DNA of 64,000 nt from the IMG/VR virus record IMGVR_UViG_3300025372_000001, one strand, 5' to 3'. A model generated the notes under the pieces. The model saw nothing but the letters and a program-made list of their open reading frames with translations, was not told the DNA's origin and searched no databases. The stretch is from a virus. Its lineage: Duplodnaviria; Caudoviricetes. This document shows, piece after piece, positions 19,203 through 28,730 of this stretch (position 1 is the first letter of the stretch; the number at the start of each line of letters is the position of its first letter). The translations under genes and the position numbers were made by a program.

Positions 19203-19832
19203 ATGAAAAACATCACAGACATTAACATTCTCGTAGACAGAAGCGGTTCAATGACATCAATCGCAAAAGATATGATTGGTGGTTTAATCACCTTTATTCA
19301 AACTCAGCGCGAACTGAAACAAGAAGCAAATATTTCTTATTATCTATTCGATGACCAATATGAAGTAGTATTTGAGAATAAACCTCTAGCAGAAGTGAAA
19401 GATTCTGATGTAACATTGGTTCCCCGTGGATGGACTGCATTGATTGATTCTCTAGGTAAAACCATTAATACAGTGGGAGAACGACTTAGTAAATTGCCCG
19501 AAGAAGATCGTCCTAATCGTGTTCTTATTGTAACTATCACTGATGGAGCAGATAATAGGTCTAAAGAGTTTACTAATGCAAAACTTAAAGAAATGATTCA
19601 ACATCAACGAGATGTATATGCATGGGACTTCGTGTTTCTTGGAGCAAATATTGATTCGTTCTCTACTGGTGGAAGTATCGGTATTACCAAAGGTTCCACT
19701 ATGAATTATTCTGCTGATAGCGCGGGAGTTTGTGTAGCATTCGAATCTCTCACAAGAGACTTTAGTAGTTATTCTGCTTTAGATCGAACTAAAGATCGTC
19801 GTTCCACCTTTGAATTCACAGAAACTAAGTAA
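19203..19832 (+). CDS. single-domain vWA protein
   Basis: DRSGSM, TALIDSLG, ITDGADN, FVFLGANID. Confidence 0.92.
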   Translation: MKNITDINILVDRSGSMTSIAKDMIGGLITFIQTQRELKQEANISYYLFDDQYEVVFENKPLAEVKDSDVTLVPRGWTALIDSLGKTINTVGERLSKLPEEDRPNRVLIVTITDGADNRSKEFTNAKLKEMIQHQRDVYAWDFVFLGANIDSFSTGGSIGITKGSTMNYSADSAGVCVAFESLTRDFSSYSALDRTKDRRSTFEFTETK

Positions 19833-19850
19833 ACTTATAAATATAACAAC

Positions 19851-20528
19851 ATGAGAATTGGAATTGTCGGAACACAAAGCAACGGAAAAACCACATTAGT
19901 TCAAGCCATTAAACAAATTTGGCCTAACTATAAAGTAATCGAAGGAAAATATCGTCAATATGTCACCGAACACCGTGACGAATTAAATCAAAACGGAACA
20001 CTTGAAACTCAAAAGAAATTACGTGATTTTCTTTGTGATGATGCCATTGATAACTCTTCTGAAAAATATACAGTAACAGATCGAACCATTCTAGATAATG
20101 TAGTTTATACTCTTTGGTTAGGCGGAAAAGATAAGTTAACTGATGATGAATTTATTTCCACTTCGATTAATATTTGTCGAGAAACTATTAAGATGTATGA
20201 TCTTATTCTTTGGCTTCCTTTAAATGAAGATATTCTATTGACAGAGGAAAAGGTTAATCGGGATTTAGATGCAACATATCGAGAAGAGATTGATTATATT
20301 TTTCAAGCAGTATATGATGGATATTTGAAGCATGATGGTATTTTATTTGATGTAAACGATCAACCGCCAATGATTCCATTGATGGGGGATTTATCAGAAA
20401 AGATTGCTACATTGAAAGAATATATTGATGAAAACGGGGATTCGATTGTGACAGAGCAATCCGTGTTAGCAGGATTGGAAGATATTTACGATAAAGCTGC
20501 ATTATTTAAACAATTAAGTGGAAAGTAG
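19851..20528 (+). CDS. P-loop NMP kinase-like (AAA_28)
   Basis: GTQSNGKTT, TDRTILD; TATAAATA 19836-19843. Confidence 0.85.
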   Translation: MRIGIVGTQSNGKTTLVQAIKQIWPNYKVIEGKYRQYVTEHRDELNQNGTLETQKKLRDFLCDDAIDNSSEKYTVTDRTILDNVVYTLWLGGKDKLTDDEFISTSINICRETIKMYDLILWLPLNEDILLTEEKVNRDLDATYREEIDYIFQAVYDGYLKHDGILFDVNDQPPMIPLMGDLSEKIATLKEYIDENGDSIVTEQSVLAGLEDIYDKAALFKQLSGK

Positions 20529-20567
20529 TTGAATGAGACATAACATCAATGGTAAATAATTGGTGTT

Positions 20568-20768
20568 ATGCAATTTCTAAATCCTGCTCAATCCCGTGTC
20601 CTATTATGCTGCCGTGCCGGTTCATGCCCCATTGTTGAACGTGTAGATGATAAAGAGTTTACCATTACTGATGATTATAATGGTAAAGTCCGAATCACTC
20701 ACGAAGAAATGGGTATTCTGAAACGAACCATTGAACACTTTGAATCCAAAGGTGAACTGTCAGTTTAA
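20568..20768 (+). CDS. small late protein
   Basis: LCCRAGSCPIVE; TAAATA 20553-20558. Confidence 0.7.
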   Translation: MQFLNPAQSRVLLCCRAGSCPIVERVDDKEFTITDDYNGKVRITHEEMGILKRTIEHFESKGELSV

Positions 20769-20795
20769 AATAAATTAAAATAAAGATTAAATCAA

Positions 20796-20841
20796 AGCCG
20801 CCCCGCCTCTTCAAGAATGCGTAATTGGGCGGCTCTTTTTT
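20796..20841 (+). terminator. intrinsic terminator with a large structured loop
   Basis: AGCCGCCC/GGGCGGCT stem followed by a T-run. Confidence 0.75.
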
Positions 20842-20871
20842 GTTGATTTTAGTATCATTCTGTGGTAAATA

Positions 20872-20931
20872 ATACTTAACAATACCCCCGACGGCTCTTC
20901 ATATCCGCACCACCGGGGGTTACTCTTTTTT
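20872..20931 (+). ncRNA. candidate small RNA (promoter, hairpin, terminator)
   Basis: TTGATT-17nt-TAAATA upstream; ACCCCCG/CGGGGGT stem; T-run; no ORF. Confidence 0.45.
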
Positions 20932-20965
20932 GTTGACAGATGATTGTTTTGGGTTAAAGTGGAGT

Positions 20966-21304
20966 ATGGAAACGCTCACAAGAAAACAGGCAATCAATAT
21001 TTTACGTTCAAATAAATGGAAATATTGTGGGTGTGAAACCGTATCACAAGATGATATTTGGTCGATTTTTTATGATGGTGTTCTAGTCGAACCCACTTTA
21101 TATTTTAAGTATAAAGGGGTATCAGTAGGAGATTTCCGGTTAAAAACGACAGGTTGGTTTATTTTTAAGAAACTTGCTCCCGACGATGAATTATATATTG
21201 AATATTTAGCGGTTCTAACTGAAATTGAACAGGAAAAAGACGATCAACGAATTGCCAAGAGGAATCAAATGCTAAAAGAAATCGAACAAACTTATTTTAG
21301 ATAA
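20966..21304 (+). CDS. hypothetical protein
   Basis: Likely ATG 20966, behind TTGACA...TAAAGT promoter. Confidence 0.65.
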   Translation: METLTRKQAINILRSNKWKYCGCETVSQDDIWSIFYDGVLVEPTLYFKYKGVSVGDFRLKTTGWFIFKKLAPDDELYIEYLAVLTEIEQEKDDQRIAKRNQMLKEIEQTYFR

Positions 21305-21307
21305 TTT

Positions 21308-21589
21308 ATGGACAAAACCAAATTAAATTTCTTCACTGTTGAAGAAATGACAACACCAAAGGAAGGATACGTATGCTATCTCAATAGACATTGGTGTTTA
21401 TCAGAAGATAGTAGAATTATATGCTATAAAACCTATTCATGGCAATGTAATCCAAACGAGAAAATAGCTAAACAAATTTCTAAGAAATTGTACAGTGGCA
21501 ATACTATATTTCTTCCTATTGCATATGTTCCAAATGAATTCATGGAAACTTATAATCAGCCTTGTTATCCGTCTTGTTATCAACCGTAA
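21308..21589 (+). CDS. hypothetical protein
   Basis: ORF track; QCNPNEKIA segment. Confidence 0.65.
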   Translation: MDKTKLNFFTVEEMTTPKEGYVCYLNRHWCLSEDSRIICYKTYSWQCNPNEKIAKQISKKLYSGNTIFLPIAYVPNEFMETYNQPCYPSCYQP

Positions 21590-21595
21590 TCAATT

Positions 21596-22600
21596 ATGGC
21601 TAAATCTACCATCATTTCAAATTTAGAAGAACTTTATAAGCCTCTTGATAATAAATGGGTCAGTCAAAACTCTCTTGTTATCAACTATGCAAAAGGCGCA
21701 GGATTATCAGTAGGAGGATCAATTGCAATGGCTATTTCTAATAGAAAGCCTCATAAGATTCCTGGTGATTTTGATTTCTTTACAGATGATAATGAAAAAT
21801 CTTTGAAATTTATTCAAAATATTATTTTCTGGTTATCTCAAAGAGCAAATACTCATTATAAGATTCAGTTTAATACCAAGACTGAATTTACTCTTCCTGG
21901 TGTTTCGCATCATGTTAGAATTACTGTTCCTTTTTGGAAACCGATTTGTGTAATGACATTAGAAAATCCAATTAGATCATTCTTCTATCACGGACTGAAA
22001 GTTCAGTATTTCGATGATGTCGTTCAAGCAGCAAAAGAAGCAACTGCAAAAGATGGAAAGAAAAGAATTACTTTTGATGAAGAAGAGGCGAAAAAGAATA
22101 TTAGAGCGCGGTATTGTGAAAGAGGAACATACGACATAAACAATGATAGTACTTCTCCGATTAGAGAGAATTCAACTCCTTCTAGGAGGTTAGCTACTAG
22201 ATGGGCAGAAGAACTAGCACAAGATATTGAAAGAGTATATGATCCATTAACCGGAGATTTGCAAGGAGTGGCGACTAATAATATAGTTGATTGGAATCAG
22301 GAGTATCGCGCAATTCCTGCCATTTCTTCAAGAGTTGACGAAGATAATTTCTATTCGTCTATTGAAGCAGCATCAAATAGGATTAATGAAGCAAGAAGAA
22401 ATGGTCCTGCTATAGAATTTCCGACAATAGATAATACTCAACTAGAAAGATGTGAAAATGATGCTCCCGACACATCATTACCCACCGGGACAGCATATTT
22501 TCCAACAATAAATCAAGACAATAATCTATATTCGAGAATAGTTATACCGGCCAACAGACTTAATGCAGCAAGAAGAGGTGAAGATAATTTAACTTCCTAA
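21596..22600 (+). CDS. Pol-beta-superfamily nucleotidyltransferase-like N-domain with repetitive C-terminal tail
   Basis: LSVGGSIAM...PGDFDFF (hG[GS] and DxD). Confidence 0.6.
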   Translation: MAKSTIISNLEELYKPLDNKWVSQNSLVINYAKGAGLSVGGSIAMAISNRKPHKIPGDFDFFTDDNEKSLKFIQNIIFWLSQRANTHYKIQFNTKTEFTLPGVSHHVRITVPFWKPICVMTLENPIRSFFYHGLKVQYFDDVVQAAKEATAKDGKKRITFDEEEAKKNIRARYCERGTYDINNDSTSPIRENSTPSRRLATRWAEELAQDIERVYDPLTGDLQGVATNNIVDWNQEYRAIPAISSRVDEDNFYSSIEAASNRINEARRNGPAIEFPTIDNTQLERCENDAPDTSLPTGTAYFPTINQDNNLYSRIVIPANRLNAARRGEDNLTS

Positions 22601-23314
22601 CTTTTCGATTTCTCCAACAACAAATTTACAAAATTCACTTCTTTTAATATCTTCGACACTGAATTGTCTGCAATAGATACCAAAACTTTGTGCTCTTTCT
22701 GTATCGAAAATTTTATTAAATTTAAGAATATCTTGTTGAACCGCTTTTGATTTTAAATCAGATTGTTTAGGATCATAAATAAAGATAATCTTTGATTTCT
22801 CTCCAATTCTAGTAATTAAACTGGTTAAACTATGTAGATCAAGATTTTGGGCTTCATCAACAATAACTAAGGCATTTTTCATGGTTTTACCCCGAATAAA
22901 TGATGTAGAAATAGTCATTAGCTTTCCTTCTGCAAAGAGATTCTTAGTTTGTTCTTCTGTAAGAATTTGATCTAAGGTATCATATAGAACTTCCATATAA
23001 GGAGCTTCTTTATCAGAAAGTGTTCCCGGTAAGAAACCCATTGGATTGTGAGAGGCTTCAACAATACTTCTAACATAAATGACTTTTTCAATTAAGTTTT
23101 GTTGTAGAAGAAGTAAACCAGCAAAAATGGTTAAATGGGTTTTACCTGTTCCCGGTTTTCCCGCAATAAAGACAGATTTGGTAGAGTCTTCTCTAATTAG
23201 ATCAATTATCTCTTGTTGTTTTTCCGTCCATTGAAACGGTTCAGATAATAATAGATCGCTTTTATATTTTTTACCCTTGATGCCTGACTTTCTGCGGTGG
23301 TATTGTGTTGCCAT
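22589..23314 (-). CDS. phoH: PhoH family ATPase
   Basis: GKPGTGKT, GFLPGTL, FIRGKT, VDEAQN, RIGEKSK, DPKQSD. Confidence 0.93.
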   Translation of the reverse strand: MATQYHRRKSGIKGKKYKSDLLLSEPFQWTEKQQEIIDLIREDSTKSVFIAGKPGTGKTHLTIFAGLLLLQQNLIEKVIYVRSIVEASHNPMGFLPGTLSDKEAPYMEVLYDTLDQILTEEQTKNLFAEGKLMTISTSFIRGKTMKNALVIVDEAQNLDLHSLTSLITRIGEKSKIIFIYDPKQSDLKSKAVQQDILKFNKIFDTERAQSFGIYCRQFSVEDIKRSEFCKFVVGEIEKLGS

Positions 23315-23342
23315 TTGATAAAATTGTTGGACTATCTATAAC

Positions 23343-23825
23343 TTATTTACCTATGATTTGATCAATGTTCTTTTCTGTGATGATAAGGAAATCAATCTTT
23401 CTTCCTTTTTTAGTTTGCTCTTGACACCACTTTTTTGCTGCTTCCCATTTACATTGATTATTAGAAAATTCAATAGCCGCATATGCAACCGTACTAGGTT
23501 TGGCACGACTACTGTACTCCTTTAACACGGTCTGGTTTGAAGGCTTTGTTTCCACTATATATTCCTTAATTTCTTCTCCTATTTTAATAGCAAAATAAAA
23601 ATCTACAAAGTAACGAGCCATGCGGTTTTCTGTCTTTTTGAAGTAAGGTAAAACTATACTTTCACTCGACCACTTCACGACATTTGGGTTTGAATCTAAA
23701 ATAACCATCAATTGACTTTCTAAGCCACTTCTAAAAACAGGAAGAGTTTTATTTAAACATTTGGATTTATTCTTAGGAGTAAAAATACCTTGTTTAAATT
23801 CTCTGAAAGTTCTCTTCTTTCCCAT
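23343..23825 (-). CDS. head completion nuclease (T4 gp4 / TnsA-like)
   Basis: FKQGIFTPKN, FRSGLE, WSSESIVLPY, RYFVDF, VETKP, NQCKWEAA; late promoter. Confidence 0.9.
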   Translation of the reverse strand: MGKKRTFREFKQGIFTPKNKSKCLNKTLPVFRSGLESQLMVILDSNPNVVKWSSESIVLPYFKKTENRMARYFVDFYFAIKIGEEIKEYIVETKPSNQTVLKEYSSRAKPSTVAYAAIEFSNNQCKWEAAKKWCQEQTKKGRKIDFLIITEKNIDQIIGK

Positions 23826-23844
23826 GGTTATATTTATAAAAGAA

Positions 23845-23872
23845 AAAGTCGATATATTTCTATATCGACTTT
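23845..23872 (-). terminator. intrinsic terminator
   Basis: AAAGTCGATATA/TATATCGACTTT stem; T-run on the minus strand. Confidence 0.7.
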
Positions 23873-23904
23873 CGAGGGATAGAATATTAATTAATTAATT
23901 AACA

Positions 23905-24246
23905 TTATAGATGAACGGCAAGAGCATCATTAGCAACACTGAGAACGGTTTGAGCATTAGTTACTGGAACTGCCCCAACAGAAGCAACAGATACACCGGA
24001 ACTTACAGTTAAACCAAAGATAGGTGCATACTTTTCTGCAAGAGATTTGATTGTATTTAGAGAACCAATGGCAGTAGGTAGATATTTATCTAGTTCTTTT
24101 GCAACAGGAGTTCCTGCGATTTGTTGATCAACTACTTGAAGAACGACAATGAGTTTACCAATAACTTCATAGCTTGCTTGCACAGCCGCTTTGATTTTAG
24201 AGATATTCGATAATACAGAGAAGGCACTTAATAGGGAGGAAAACAT
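23905..24246 (-). CDS. late hydrophobic Ala/Val-rich protein
   Basis: TAAATA 24270-24275; distinct codon usage. Confidence 0.65.
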   Translation of the reverse strand: MFSSLLSAFSVLSNISKIKAAVQASYEVIGKLIVVLQVVDQQIAGTPVAKELDKYLPTAIGSLNTIKSLAEKYAPIFGLTVSSGVSVASVGAVPVTNAQTVLSVANDALAVHL

Positions 24247-24320
24247 AATTTTAATTTCTTTCTAATAGATATTTACCAGTTTCGTCTTGACAATCGAAAA
24301 GAATGGGTTAATATACTCTT

Positions 24321-24857
24321 ATGAAAACAATTATTACATCTATTTTATTTCTATTAACCCTAAATCTCTTTGCGGATGATTTGACTGATTTACAAAATCA
24401 GTATAACCGAGCAATTGCAAAAGTATCTGAGCCTATTAATAAAGTATATGTGAAAGAATTACAAGCATTATTAGAAAAGGTTTCCAAAGAGGGCAATCTG
24501 GATAAAGTTGCAGCGGTTACTACGGAATTGAAAAAGTTCTCAGAAGGAGAGAGTAGAGGGATTTTACTAGTAACCGAAAAAGGCAAAATTGAACGATTCT
24601 TTGTGGATAAGAAATGGCGAACCCCTTTTGGTACTACTTTTTGGTTTCAGAAAAACGGTCAAGGAATGAAAACTACTGGAACGGATACTTCTCCTTTTAC
24701 TTGGAGAATCATTGAAAATGGTATTGTTGAATATAATGGTCGAGTAGTTTCTTCCGAACCCATTAAAACTGAATATATTAAATTTCTTTCAAAGAAAGAA
24801 GCATACATAGGTAAATCTTCAGATAAAATTGATATTCCCCTTAGTCCCGGAAATTAG
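24321..24857 (+). CDS. secreted/periplasmic protein with signal peptide
   Basis: MKTIITSILFLLTLNLFA|DD; helical N-domain; sigma70 promoter immediately upstream. Confidence 0.75.
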   Translation: MKTIITSILFLLTLNLFADDLTDLQNQYNRAIAKVSEPINKVYVKELQALLEKVSKEGNLDKVAAVTTELKKFSEGESRGILLVTEKGKIERFFVDKKWRTPFGTTFWFQKNGQGMKTTGTDTSPFTWRIIENGIVEYNGRVVSSEPIKTEYIKFLSKKEAYIGKSSDKIDIPLSPGN

Positions 24858-25773
24858 ACGCATATGAGAAATCATCATTCATAGGAAACAAATCACAAGA
24901 TTCACTAAAATGTTTGATCATTTTAGTGAATTTTTCTTTAGAAACATCTTTTTTATAACAGTAACGATGTATCAAGAAATCTGGTAATTTATGTGCATCA
25001 GGAAGATTATTAATTGTTGAAGGAAAGGTATGATTGGAATAGTTTACGCCAAAAGTATTATAGAATGTTCCTAAACCATATTGAACATATGGAACATCTC
25101 GAAGGATACAATCAATGACAAAAGATGAATTATATGCAATTACAAATTCACAATTATCAATTACTGACATATTAGTTATCCCGTAAGGACAATTGTATTT
25201 GTTTGCTATTTCTGAAATTAGCTGATATGATTCTCCTCGATTCCAAGGATGCAATTTCAAAAATAAATTTTTCCCATAGAATTTACAGCAGTCTTCTATA
25301 AATTCATAATATTTTTTTGTACTAGTTACACTTTGAATAGCTCTGTCAGTTGGATGTTGAACAGCCAAAATTATTTTATCCCATACCAAATTCCTTTTAC
25401 CGTTTTCATGGTATTCTGTATCAAATTTTGATTGCAAATTTTTAGGTAAGCCGAATACAATGTCCTTGGCGCTTTTTCTATTTCCTAAATCAAAATTTGA
25501 AATAGTATCATATGCAGATTTGGTATTCAACGAAGAAGTGTGATAATTTCCGATAGTATCAATATATGCTGCTTCATTGAAAAATCCGGTTTCCATTATA
25601 CCATATTTCCTACCATGATTAGGAATAAATTCTTTATTGCCCCAATAAATAACATAATTGAATTCTTTATAAGGAACATTTTGGGTAGTTACTCCATATG
25701 AAATAACTTCTGCTTCAGTTTTAAAAGGCATTAAATTATAATTTAATGCATAATCAGGTATGAGAATATCCAT
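24841..25773 (-). CDS. capsule-biosynthesis-type (KpsS/KpsC-like) GT-B glycosyltransferase
   Basis: METGFF...IDTIG, LAVQHPTD, LKLHPW, VIAYNSS...DCILRDVP. Confidence 0.65.
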   Translation of the reverse strand: MDILIPDYALNYNLMPFKTEAEVISYGVTTQNVPYKEFNYVIYWGNKEFIPNHGRKYGIMETGFFNEAAYIDTIGNYHTSSLNTKSAYDTISNFDLGNRKSAKDIVFGLPKNLQSKFDTEYHENGKRNLVWDKIILAVQHPTDRAIQSVTSTKKYYEFIEDCCKFYGKNLFLKLHPWNRGESYQLISEIANKYNCPYGITNMSVIDNCEFVIAYNSSFVIDCILRDVPYVQYGLGTFYNTFGVNYSNHTFPSTINNLPDAHKLPDFLIHRYCYKKDVSKEKFTKMIKHFSESCDLFPMNDDFSYASNFRD

Positions 25774-26621
25774 TATACGTTATATAATTTCTTAGCATTT
25801 TCAAAAAGTTTATCCATTGTTGCCTTTGGTACTTCTTTAAATTCTTCAAAAATCTTTGGAAAGATTTGATGATTCGGATTCTTGGTTATTTCCATCCATC
25901 CCACGAAATAATTCCAAACTCTATCTTCTAATATATTAGTATAAGGTACTCCCAATGGTCGATCAAATCTGTGATTCCATTTGACATCAGGCAAGCACAT
26001 ACACCTATTTCCCGCATCTCTAAACTTTTGATGAATATACCCTTCTTCTCCCCCAAATCCTTTAAAATGGGGATTAAACCCTAACCATGCATCTTTCTTA
26101 CAAGAGAACATACCAAGTCCCATCATAGGTATTTCAAAAGGAACATTCATATCCAATGCAAAGGAATTAGTTGCCCAAACACCAAACATATGACTTCTCC
26201 AAATAGGATCAAAATGAGTAGAAATATTCTTTAAATCATCATAAATTAATGGTCCTTGAATCAAATCTTTTGTATTTGGATTTTTTTGATAATAACTTAA
26301 AAGGTTTTGAATTGCATAAGGTTCAAATAACACATGAGAATCTATACATAAAACAAATTCCCCTTGAGCATGTTTAAAGATTTGTTCTCTGGAAGAAGTA
26401 CTTTGTTTATCAATATAAGGAATATATTTCGTTCCACTGGATAAACAAAAACGTCGCAAGGCATCCGAATGTTTACCGTTTGGATTATTGTCAATGACAA
26501 TGATTTCTACTAAATGTTCTAATCCTTTTAATTGATAAAGGCGAAGGGATTGAATGGTGAAGAAAACACCATCATAATCATCATATGTTGCCATACCAAT
26601 AGTTAACCATTTTTGATTCAT
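25773..26621 (-). CDS. GT2 family glycosyltransferase, late
   Basis: LTIGMATYDD, IIVIDNNP, LCIDSH (DxH), GFGGEEGYI; TAAATA 26633-26638. Confidence 0.88.
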   Translation of the reverse strand: MNQKWLTIGMATYDDYDGVFFTIQSLRLYQLKGLEHLVEIIVIDNNPNGKHSDALRRFCLSSGTKYIPYIDKQSTSSREQIFKHAQGEFVLCIDSHVLFEPYAIQNLLSYYQKNPNTKDLIQGPLIYDDLKNISTHFDPIWRSHMFGVWATNSFALDMNVPFEIPMMGLGMFSCKKDAWLGFNPHFKGFGGEEGYIHQKFRDAGNRCMCLPDVKWNHRFDRPLGVPYTNILEDRVWNYFVGWMEITKNPNHQIFPKIFEEFKEVPKATMDKLFENAKKLYNV

Positions 26622-26666
26622 AATTTGACAATTATTTAATATGTCAAAGGCTGACTAGCTATTGAA

Positions 26667-28730
26667 TTAAGGCGAATAACCACAACTTATATCATTAGCA
26701 TTAATGAGTTCGTCATAGGTGTTACAAAATCCATCTGCATAATTCCCATGTAAATCAAACCCGACACAAAAAGTAGACATCAATGTTCCGGCTGGAGGAC
26801 AAGTAGTAGTGGTTGTGGTAGTTGTCGTAGTTGTGGTGGTTGTTGTAGTAGTAGGAGCAATTGTTGTCGTAGTTGTCGTAGTTGTGGTGGTTGTTGTAGT
26901 AGTAGGAGCAATTGTTGTCGTAGTAGGTGGAGGAGTTGTTGAGGTTGTGGAACAAGATGCTCCCACGGAATAACAACCGGCTTCTACGTGTAAATTAGTA
27001 CTACCTGCAACACAATTTGAACTATGAACAGAAAAAGGAGTTCCTGTTGAAGGTCCAATGGTTATAGGGAATAATGGATTACTATAAGGACTATACACCA
27101 TACTAATATTACCGTATCCATCAAAAGAGAAAGTATAAGTGGCAGTAGAACCTACGGCGAAATCACCTACAGGACATGGAGTTGGAGTGGTAGAAGAGGT
27201 TGTAGTTGTAGTTGGTGGAACATAATAATAACAAGTTTTTGTTCCAAATCCACCTGCACAAGATACAACAATATCAGCATAATTTGATCCCCAACTACCA
27301 TCTGGAGCAGGCAAATAACCATAAGTCGAACAACATTCAGGAGGAACAGTAGTGGTAGTCGGCATAGGACAACTTCCCGTAACACTGATAAGTCCTCCAA
27401 CTATTTCATATTTTGTTCTTCCTGGATAATTAGTACCGTAAACAATTACACCATCCACCACACCAGAAGGAACGCTATCAGGATTAGTTGGATCATAATT
27501 GGCACAATCACTCGGTTCAAAGAAATAAACACCCGATTTGACATAATAGGTGACAGTACTTGCCCCTTCTGTGCAATCTAAATAATATGTTTCGGTAAAA
27601 CATGCAGGACATACTGATAAAGACACTACTACTCCTGATGCAAAAACATATTTATTACCATCTTTGCTATATGTTCCTGTCACTAATTTATCAGGGGCAG
27701 GAGGAGTATTGGTGTACCAATAAGGCCCACATTGATAAAGCGTAGAAGTTCCTCCTGTTTCCCCACAGTTATTGAAGAACGTAGTTCCAATACAAGGAGG
27801 AGGAGTCGTGGTAGTACACATAGTTCCATCCCCTTGAATAACTCCGCCAACGAATTGATACCTATATCCTCCTCTATAACCATAACCATCATATTTGCTC
27901 ATTCCTTCATAGAAATAACCACAACAATAAGATAAGGTAAATCCTTCATCACTCTCAGGAGGAAAACATTCTGAATAGAAAAGATAGTTAGTGCATGGAC
28001 AAGGAGTTGTTGTAGGAGCAGGAGTAGTTGTTACAGGAATTAATGGATCAGTCCATTGATTATAAGGAGGAGTATGCCCCGCTGCACTAATACAAGAAAG
28101 ACTCGTATGCGTAATACTTCCGTCTGTAAATGTATAAACTCTTGAATAATTGATCCAATTACCATTTACTAAATCTCCTAAGAAATTATTATAACGATAT
28201 AAATGATCTTCTAAACTATAATTGAATAAATTATCGGGACGAATACCACATGCAGTTGCAAAATATTGTTGAGTTCCCAGCCATATTTTATTTTCACTAT
28301 AAGCAGTATTACATAAACCGGTGACTCCGACACCATAAGTTGAACCGTTATCTTCTAATACTACTGGAGGAATGACAAAATTATCAGCAGTTGCTCCATA
28401 TATATTAGTTCCATTATGGTTCCATTGATAAACCAATCCGGCAGTATTTCCTCTAGTAGTTATAGATAATCTAGCTCTATCCCCTAATGCTAAATATTGT
28501 TCTTGTACCCCGTCCCAAATAACGAACGTTGCAGAACATGGCGGACAATCTTGTATAGTTGCTAATCCTAATAAATGATATTGATTATTCAATAATATTG
28601 CAGAAGAAGGATATACTAATGTATTATCCACGGGCTGAATAGTGAATTTCTTATGTGTTCCTTCTAGATCAACAATGACGAATTTGTTGATATAATCTTG
28701 TAAATCGACATTAGCACTTATACGATTCAT
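26667..28730 (-). CDS. Cys-rich, Thr-rich mucin-like virion protein with one Ig-like segment
   Basis: Several (T)n-P tracts, many Cys; YQWNHNGTNIYGATADNFVIP...DNGSTYGVGVT resembles an Ig domain. Confidence 0.7.
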   Translation of the reverse strand: MNRISANVDLQDYINKFVIVDLEGTHKKFTIQPVDNTLVYPSSAILLNNQYHLLGLATIQDCPPCSATFVIWDGVQEQYLALGDRARLSITTRGNTAGLVYQWNHNGTNIYGATADNFVIPPVVLEDNGSTYGVGVTGLCNTAYSENKIWLGTQQYFATACGIRPDNLFNYSLEDHLYRYNNFLGDLVNGNWINYSRVYTFTDGSITHTSLSCISAAGHTPPYNQWTDPLIPVTTTPAPTTTPCPCTNYLFYSECFPPESDEGFTLSYCCGYFYEGMSKYDGYGYRGGYRYQFVGGVIQGDGTMCTTTTPPPCIGTTFFNNCGETGGTSTLYQCGPYWYTNTPPAPDKLVTGTYSKDGNKYVFASGVVVSLSVCPACFTETYYLDCTEGASTVTYYVKSGVYFFEPSDCANYDPTNPDSVPSGVVDGVIVYGTNYPGRTKYEIVGGLISVTGSCPMPTTTTVPPECCSTYGYLPAPDGSWGSNYADIVVSCAGGFGTKTCYYYVPPTTTTTSSTTPTPCPVGDFAVGSTATYTFSFDGYGNISMVYSPYSNPLFPITIGPSTGTPFSVHSSNCVAGSTNLHVEAGCYSVGASCSTTSTTPPPTTTTIAPTTTTTTTTTTTTTTIAPTTTTTTTTTTTTTTTTTCPPAGTLMSTFCVGFDLHGNYADGFCNTYDELINANDISCGYSP
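26821..26922. repeat. exact 51-nt tandem duplication (2 copies) in the Thr tract
   Basis: 26821-26871 is identical to 26872-26922; encodes TTTIAPTTTTTTTTTTT. Confidence 0.9.

Noticed and set aside
26755-27935. Alternative-frame ORFs inside the Thr-rich gene (e.g. YYYNNHHN repeats)
   Set aside because: Frame shadows of the ACN-rich repeat; no promoter or independent signal.
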